Assembly (NCBI GenBank): GCA_050178385.1
Contig: JBFXGD010000039.1
Coordinates: forward strand, 1 to 24,304
DNA length: 24,304 nt
Direction: 5' to 3'
Source of the DNA: Calditrichaceae bacterium
GTDB lineage: Bacteria; Calditrichota; Calditrichia; Calditrichales; JBFXGD01
Shown: positions 18,638-24,304 of the stretch, piece by piece
Layout of the letters: each line of letters starts with the position of its first letter
Numbering within the stretch: the stretch's first letter is position 1
Notes under the pieces: model-generated
Told to the model about the DNA's origin: nothing
Seen by the model: the letters and a program-made list of their open reading frames with translations, nothing else
Databases searched by the model: none
Position numbers and translations under genes: made by a program

Positions 18638-20212
18638 ATGAAACAGATATACTCATTAAATCTTCAGATATTTGCCGTCGCAATTATCTTATTAACAGCT
18701 TCAAAACATATTTATGCCTTCGAGAAGCCTACCATATCAGGAGCTGATTCGTTAAAAGATATGACTCAACGAATTAGCGGTTCGGTTGAAAACGGTGAAG
18801 ACGAAATGAATGCGCTGAATGAATTTATGATTAAGGATGAGGCGACTGACGGGCTTAATAATTTCAGGAGTTTCATCAGGAATTATGACGGCGGACTTAT
18901 TTCTTATGATTACTGGAGAGCGACTGATCGTTTTAAATTATATGAGGATGGAAATGATTTTGACTGGATTCAATCACGACAAGATCTGATAAACGATTCG
19001 CGAAACACTCAGCATTATGATAATAATCAGTTTTTAATCCGTGAGGGGGAGTTCAGGAGAATGACAGAGGACCGCTCCTACAGAAGGAAAAAGGAAGCTC
19101 TTGTCGTATTGAATCATTTGCTTACGGGAAATATAAATTCTGACCACGTTTTATCCAGTCCCCATCTCATGCTAAAAAGTGAAGATAAGCTCCTAAAAAA
19201 CAATTCACTCAATTTGATGCACAAGATTGTCGGAACAGGGGATGTTAAAAAGGAACCTGGCCAATTTGCCCTGGATGTTCATGTCCACACCTATCAATCT
19301 TTTGACGGTACAAGTGATATGGAAACACTGCTGCTTACCGCGTATAAAAAGGGATTTGGAGCCATTGTTATTACGGATCATGATTATTTTGACGATTCGC
19401 ATCAAGCCATTGCGGCGGCCGAACGATTAAAAGCGGCCGGCAATCTGCCTCGGGAATTTGTCGTTATACCCGGGATGGAAATTTCTTCCCGTGACGGACA
19501 TATTCTTGGTCTATATATAAAATCGTACATTGCTCACGGGCTTACCGCGGAACAGACGATAGATGAAATTCACCGTCAGGGAGGTCTGGCTATCGCCCCG
19601 CATCCGTATCAGCCCGATTTCGGTGTCGGCGGGAAGCTTGTAAAAAATTTGGCGTTTGACGGAATGGTGGTTACAGGTATGGGTCCGGAATTTAGAATGT
19701 CTTTGAGTTTAGCAGAAGATGTGAACGACAGGATGGCGATTTTCATGGATTCAGATACTCATGTTGAAAATGGCCTTGCCTGGATGGGGTATACAGCGGT
19801 GCATTCTGATGATCAAAGCAGTGATGGCGTTTACCGGGCAATTCAGGAGAGAAAAACCGCTCCCGTTCATCAAAATGTCATGAAATATCAAAGAAATCTA
19901 GCGGATAATAAGCTGGGTAAAACAATCGTATCACCGATAGTCACATTAACAAATATGCACTATCATGCAGAAAGACATTTGTCTGATTTTTTACTTGCAG
20001 ACCGTGTTGAGATTCACGGAATCTTAACAGATATGATAGATGATGTGGCCGGTTTAAGTCTCGGCGAATTTGGAGGATACGATTATTTCAGCGGTGGACA
20101 TCGTTTTTATCCGCTAAGAGGCGTATCCGCTTATTATGGGCCGGTGCGCCTGGGATTGAGGCGGGATATAAATATTATTAACATAGATTTCGGATTTAAA
20201 GTAATCTGGTAA
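18638..20212 (+). CDS. Exported PHP-domain metal-dependent phosphoesterase, 524 aa
   Basis: Signal-peptide-like N-terminus; PHP metal ligands DVHVHT..S.DG, ITDHD, GMEIS...GHIL, APHP and SDTH. Confidence 0.85.
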   Translation: MKQIYSLNLQIFAVAIILLTASKHIYAFEKPTISGADSLKDMTQRISGSVENGEDEMNALNEFMIKDEATDGLNNFRSFIRNYDGGLISYDYWRATDRFKLYEDGNDFDWIQSRQDLINDSRNTQHYDNNQFLIREGEFRRMTEDRSYRRKKEALVVLNHLLTGNINSDHVLSSPHLMLKSEDKLLKNNSLNLMHKIVGTGDVKKEPGQFALDVHVHTYQSFDGTSDMETLLLTAYKKGFGAIVITDHDYFDDSHQAIAAAERLKAAGNLPREFVVIPGMEISSRDGHILGLYIKSYIAHGLTAEQTIDEIHRQGGLAIAPHPYQPDFGVGGKLVKNLAFDGMVVTGMGPEFRMSLSLAEDVNDRMAIFMDSDTHVENGLAWMGYTAVHSDDQSSDGVYRAIQERKTAPVHQNVMKYQRNLADNKLGKTIVSPIVTLTNMHYHAERHLSDFLLADRVEIHGILTDMIDDVAGLSLGEFGGYDYFSGGHRFYPLRGVSAYYGPVRLGLRRDINIINIDFGFKVIW

Positions 20213-20235
20213 CTTATATAATTACGGAACTTGAT

Positions 20236-21144
20236 ATGATTGACGCGCTACTTGAAAAGAAAAAACATTTTAGATTATTTGATACGCTTATAATTTATTT
20301 TTTTATTTTGCTTGATATTTTAATTCTGTTTTTTCACAATAACTTGCCTGTCTGGGGATTACATTTTGCTAAACATCTGTTTATTGTGATTTTCGTGGCT
20401 GGTTTTGTGATTTTTATGGATAAGCAGACGAATCCAATTTTAAAATTTATCAGAAACTGGTATCCGGTTATCAGTTATCCTTTTATATACAAAAATTTAA
20501 TATTCTTCCTTCATATTATATTTCCCGGTGAATTTGATTCGATGATTCTGTCTCTTGAAATGTCCGTATTTGGAGTGTTGCCTAATTTATGGATACAAAG
20601 AATCGTCAATCCCGTTTTGACGGAAATTATGCAGATTTCCTATGCGGTCTACTGGTTTACAATTCCCATCAGTGCAGCCATTTTGTATTTTAAAAAACGT
20701 TCAAGAGAGTTTGAATATCTGATCTTTTATGTGACAATTACCTTTTTCGCATCCTACCTGTTTTTTATATTTTTCCCTGTAGCGGGACCCCGGTTCACTC
20801 TTGCCAATGAAATTGTTGTACCTTATGACGGGCTTTTCCTGACAAAATACCTGAGAAATTTTGTTGCTTCGGCCGGATTTCGCGGCGGCGCTTTTCCCAG
20901 TTCTCATGTTGCGGTTGCTGTTGTGGTTTATTTCTTTATGTACGCTTTTGAGAGAAAAATCGCCCTGCGCTATTTTTTACCGGCAGTCATCGCGCTCTCT
21001 CTTGCTACGGTATATGGCCAGTACCATTATTTGACAGATATGATAGCGGGATTAATACTTGGCGTTCTAATCGGTCATACGAGTATTAAACAGTTCAAAA
21101 GAAGAGAGCATCTTGAATCCATGGTGGCGTCCGAAGTAACCTGA
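20236..21144 (+). CDS. PAP2-superfamily membrane phosphatase/phosphotransferase (Aur1/PAP2_3-like), 302 aa
   Basis: Multiple TM segments; FPVAGPR, AFPSSHVA and YGQYHYLTDMIAG motifs. Confidence 0.88.
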   Translation: MIDALLEKKKHFRLFDTLIIYFFILLDILILFFHNNLPVWGLHFAKHLFIVIFVAGFVIFMDKQTNPILKFIRNWYPVISYPFIYKNLIFFLHIIFPGEFDSMILSLEMSVFGVLPNLWIQRIVNPVLTEIMQISYAVYWFTIPISAAILYFKKRSREFEYLIFYVTITFFASYLFFIFFPVAGPRFTLANEIVVPYDGLFLTKYLRNFVASAGFRGGAFPSSHVAVAVVVYFFMYAFERKIALRYFLPAVIALSLATVYGQYHYLTDMIAGLILGVLIGHTSIKQFKRREHLESMVASEVT

Positions 21145-21224
21145 GCTTAGAGTTTTAATTTTCTATCTACATAAATATTTATAATTTAACCCACTTTTTA
21201 AAGAAAAATTAATAGCTTTTTTTC

Positions 21225-21273
21225 TTGACAGTTAAAAAACAATCAATTAACTTAGTTAGTAAGTGCTTACTAA
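21225..21273 (+). promoter_or_regulatory. Sigma70 promoter plus putative TetR operator, copy 3
   Basis: TTGACA (21225-21230), N17, TAACTT (21248-21253); palindrome TTAGTAAGtgCTTACTAA (21256-21273). Same geometry as at 8067-8115. Confidence 0.75.
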
Positions 21274-21396
21274 TAAATGTGATGTTTGATTTTTTTTTAG
21301 ATTGTTTCATTGACATAAAAAGTAGCACAGGGAAATAGGATTTGTCAGGTAATTATGCATGGTTTTGTTTTTTTTTGAACATGTGAAAAAAAAATC

Positions 21397-21442
21397 TTGA
21401 CATTATAAAATTACGATCTTAAGTTAGTAAGCAATTACTAAC
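21397..21442 (+). promoter_or_regulatory. Second sigma70 promoter plus putative TetR operator, copy 4
   Basis: TTGACA (21397-21402), N17, TAAGTT (21420-21425), overlapping GTTAGTAAgcaaTTACTAAC (21423-21442). Confidence 0.7.
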
Positions 21443-21640
21443 CATGTTCATATAGAGAATGTGTTTTTTTTGTACTATCACAAGTGAAAGTTTTATCATT
21501 TTAGCGTACACAAAGTTTGATTGTCACGGGGAATGATAAAATAGGGTGGACGGGTTGTTTTCGTATTTTTTGTCTTGTGAAAAAAATTGTTTGGTGTTTT
21601 TTATAATAGAGAATACGGTTGACAAAGAAAGTGTTGAAAA

Positions 21641-22228
21641 ATGGCCACTGAAAAAAAGATCTCAAGAAAACAACAAATTGCAAAAGCGGCGATGAAAATT
21701 ATTGCCAATGAGGGTGTTCAGAGTCTTGTTATGATTAAAATCGCAAAATTAATCGGTTTGACTGACGCGGCTCTGTATAAACACTTTAACACAAAAAATG
21801 ATATGCTATTGTTTATGGTTGAAGAAATTGAAAATTCTTTGATCATCAATATTGAGAAGAAAATTGATCTGCAGGCGGATGCATGCGATAAACTGAAAAG
21901 TATTCTTTTTGTTCATCTCAGTTTTATAGAAAAAAATATCGGTATCCCACGGGTTCTGTTTTCTGAAGCCATACAATTCCAGGATAAACGTCTAAGAGAT
22001 AAAATTGCGGGGATTATCACTCAGTATATGGACTATATCAAAGATATAATTCAACAGGCGGTTGATAAAGGTTGTGTCAGGAAAGATCTGGATGTGGAAG
22101 CGGCCGCCATCATGTATATGGGCATTATTCAGGCCACCTTTATTCTATGGTCAACATCGGATTTTTCATTTCCGTTGACCGGTAAAGTTGACCAGCTTTG
22201 GGCAACTTTCAGCAAGTGCCTTTACTGA
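21641..22228 (+). CDS. TetR/AcrR family regulator #3, 195 aa
   Basis: HTH 'RKQQIAKAAMKIIANEGVQSLVMIKIAKLIGLTDAALYKHFNTKNDM'. Confidence 0.93.
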   Translation: MATEKKISRKQQIAKAAMKIIANEGVQSLVMIKIAKLIGLTDAALYKHFNTKNDMLLFMVEEIENSLIINIEKKIDLQADACDKLKSILFVHLSFIEKNIGIPRVLFSEAIQFQDKRLRDKIAGIITQYMDYIKDIIQQAVDKGCVRKDLDVEAAAIMYMGIIQATFILWSTSDFSFPLTGKVDQLWATFSKCLY

Positions 22229-22245
22229 TTTTTTTTGCCGTATAA

Positions 22246-22265
22246 GTAGGTAGGTGACAACTTAC
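22246..22265. promoter_or_regulatory. Putative TetR operator, copy 5 (variant)
   Basis: GTAGGTaggtgacaACTTAC, an N8-spaced imperfect palindrome 17 nt after the tetR#3 stop, following a T-run. Confidence 0.5.
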
Positions 22266-22349
22266 ATGTTGTTTTTATTTTTTAGCGGTGGTATATCAGC
22301 CGCAAATAGATACTATCTGGTACAATAATTAATTATATGGAGGAGTAAA

Positions 22350-23141
22350 ATGAAGAACAAGAGTGCATTAGGCGCGGTATTGGCCGTCGTTGGTTTTTTT
22401 GCAGGAATGCTGCTTTTCTATTATCTGGCTGACACGTATATGACAGTCATCAATGGAAAAATAGCTGGTGGCCGTCCTGATGAGGCAATCGCTGTTATGA
22501 TTACCCAATCTATGCTTGGCTGGCTTGGTATCTCAGCCAGCGCTTTGTGGGTTGTGGTCATGTATGGTTATCTGAAAAAACTGGAATGGGCAGGATTCTG
22601 GGCGATCGTAGCTGCTTCATTGCAGATGCTGGCCGGTTTTTTCCCGACAATTCCCGCCAAAAGTATTAACCTGCCTGCACCGACAATGACAGTGTTTATT
22701 ATAGCTACTGTTGTGTGGTTTGGGATTATGTTTATCGAGAAAGTTGATAAAAAAGTAATAGCGTTGTTATTTGTCGCTGGATTAGCCTATGTGCTGACCT
22801 ATATGTGCGGTGTGGCGCTTATTTCCAAATATCAGACGACCACCTATAATGATCTCTGGAAAGGTATGTATGCGGTAGATATGATGGTGACATGGTTTGG
22901 CGCGACCGCGTGGTTGGTATTTTCTCTCGCAGTACTCAAAAGAAAATCATGGTCGCTGTATCTCGGAATCTTTGCATCGATGATGTCATTAATTGGGGCG
23001 CTTCCACTGGCTATTGTTAATATTATGGAAGTACATCGTTTCTCTATGTTTTTGCCGGCTCCGATAATTGCTGGTTGTTTGCTCATCGTGCTTCTTATGC
23101 CGAATACAAATAAGCTTCTTACAGAATGGAAAAATTCATAA
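22350..23141 (+). CDS. Hypothetical integral membrane protein (about 8 TM, internally duplicated), 263 aa
   Basis: Strong SD GGAGGAG; about 8 hydrophobic segments; no family recognised. Confidence 0.85.
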   Translation: MKNKSALGAVLAVVGFFAGMLLFYYLADTYMTVINGKIAGGRPDEAIAVMITQSMLGWLGISASALWVVVMYGYLKKLEWAGFWAIVAASLQMLAGFFPTIPAKSINLPAPTMTVFIIATVVWFGIMFIEKVDKKVIALLFVAGLAYVLTYMCGVALISKYQTTTYNDLWKGMYAVDMMVTWFGATAWLVFSLAVLKRKSWSLYLGIFASMMSLIGALPLAIVNIMEVHRFSMFLPAPIIAGCLLIVLLMPNTNKLLTEWKNS

Positions 23142-23205
23142 GAACAATTGAAAAAGCAAAAGAGAAATAAAGATGGTGTTCGACATTTGAAATAGTTGAT
23201 TTGAT

Positions 23206-23270
23206 TGGCAGAGCTCACCACAGATTCTTTTATCCCCCCCCCGAAAGATCTGGAGCTCTGTCATGTTTTC
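23206..23270 (+). other. Long imperfect stem-loop with C-rich loop (possible terminator or structured RNA)
   Basis: TGGCAGAGCTC/GAGCTCTGTCA outer stem, CAGATTCTTT/AAAGATCTG inner stem, loop ATC9, followed by TGTTTTC. Confidence 0.6.
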
Positions 23271-23338
23271 TAAAAGAAATGAACGGGGGAGTGTCAACTT
23301 ATTGACAAAAATATATAATATGGCAGAAAGGAACGAAA

Positions 23339-23962
23339 ATGAATGCCTTCGATCAAATCGTACTATTAGTGACTGGTTTGACTGCTATTTACTTACTGTT
23401 TAGGCTCTTTAAAGATTATCAAAAAACAAACAGTATGCACAATATTTATTATATCTTATCATTTACTGTTCTTTTGGTTTCCGGATTGCTGTTGATCGCG
23501 CTCGGGTATGGAATTCTCGCGTCACCTCTGGTTGTAATTGTGGCGGTTTTTATCCCGGTTGGATTGGCGGCGGGTTTAATTTCAGAATTTTTCCCAAAGC
23601 ACGAAAAAACCTTTTTGATATTTGCAATACTCGGTTTACTTGCCATTGCCGTTACCCGCTTCACAGGACCTCACGGCCTTGCGACTCTGGTACTGGTTAT
23701 TGTTCACACCGTCGCCGGATTAACCATATTCGGGTTGCCTATCCTGGTTTCAAAAAAAGGTGAAGCGCCAAAAGAATTTATTTGGGTTACGGTAGGCGGC
23801 ACTTTGATTGGAATTGGTGGAATTGCGCTGGCATTTTTGAAAGCCGGTGTTCCTATCCTTTCAGCAGATGTGATATTTACAATATTAGCGCCTATCCTGC
23901 TTTTGATGACGATTGCCTATACATTTGGATTTGTAAAAAAAATGCAGTTGACAGGTAAATAA
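23339..23962 (+). CDS. Hypothetical integral membrane protein (about 7 TM), 207 aa
   Basis: SD AAAGGA; almost entirely hydrophobic helices; intramembrane His in 'VIVHTVAG'. Confidence 0.85.
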   Translation: MNAFDQIVLLVTGLTAIYLLFRLFKDYQKTNSMHNIYYILSFTVLLVSGLLLIALGYGILASPLVVIVAVFIPVGLAAGLISEFFPKHEKTFLIFAILGLLAIAVTRFTGPHGLATLVLVIVHTVAGLTIFGLPILVSKKGEAPKEFIWVTVGGTLIGIGGIALAFLKAGVPILSADVIFTILAPILLLMTIAYTFGFVKKMQLTGK

Positions 23963-24093
23963 TCGTGTTTTTTAACGGGTTGATGTAATAATGAAGTTGA
24001 TACCGTTGAAAAGTTTTCAGACCGGATGATGCTGAAAAAAAGAAAATTAGTTTGTTTGTGATGTCGATTTTAAATTTAAAAAGGAAATTGAAT

Positions 24094-24304
24094 ATGGAGT
24101 CTCGTTTTTCCCGATTACAATACCTCTTCAGATCAACAAAAGGCCTTGTGCTTGTTGCTATTTCCGTGGTTTCGGTTATTACGGCAATCTGGGGCACTCT
24201 TTCCGGACCCATGGTGGAATGGGGCGTTCGTGATCTGACAGTTAAGCTTCTGGGCATGGATATGCATCACTGGGATCGTGAGGGGCGCATCATTATGCTC
24301 TATC
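24094..24304 (+). CDS. 5' end of a hypothetical membrane protein, truncated at the right edge (not in ORF track)
   Basis: AAGGA at 24081-24085, ATG at 24094, frame open to the edge: MESRFSRLQYLFRSTKGLVLVAISVVSVITAIWGTLSGPMVEWGVRDLTVKLLGMDMHHWDREGRIIMLY... Confidence 0.8.
   Translation, partial: MESRFSRLQYLFRSTKGLVLVAISVVSVITAIWGTLSGPMVEWGVRDLTVKLLGMDMHHWDREGRIIMLY

Noticed and set aside
23320..23403. Out-of-frame upstream ORF overlapping the start of the 207-aa gene
   Set aside because: No SD and short, and the main gene has its own SD.
8156..24257. Numerous minus-strand ORFs opposite the efflux, Mla, TetR and membrane genes, including 23892..24257
   Set aside because: They are antisense shadows. 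The 23892..24257 ORF lies opposite the better-supported plus-strand gene starting at 24094.
1..24304. CRISPR array, tRNA/rRNA, IS/integrase or anti-phage genes
   Set aside because: No regularly spaced direct repeats, cloverleaf structures or recombinase/nuclease motifs were seen. The repeated palindromes are dispersed operator-like sites, not an array.

Overview
A gene-dense, AT-rich bacterial window from a diderm organism: it encodes TolC, an outer-membrane barrel and an MCE system, and it uses sigma70-type TTGACA promoters and Shine-Dalgarno sites. The left part is on the minus strand: an MFS transporter, then a 1713-aa protein in which an SLC12/cation-chloride-cotransporter-like permease is fused to a long helical region, a P-loop NTPase and a probable winged helix. 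That gene is translationally coupled to a small MscS-domain gene and followed by an unannotated gene running off the window. The right part is on the plus strand: TolC-MFP-RND efflux pump, TetR#1, an outer-membrane beta-barrel, MlaE-MlaF-MlaD(MCE), TetR#2, an exported PHP phosphoesterase with an OMP-like C-terminus, a PAP2 enzyme, TetR#3, and three uncharacterised integral membrane proteins (the last truncated). A shared palindrome (consensus TTAGT-N8-ACTAA) occurs five times: three copies at sigma70 promoters and two just downstream of TetR#1 and TetR#3. A long hairpin with a C9 loop and a complementary downstream G-run lies at about 23206-23290. I saw no rRNA, tRNA, CRISPR array or mobile element. 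All family calls come from reading motifs by eye; no database search was run.
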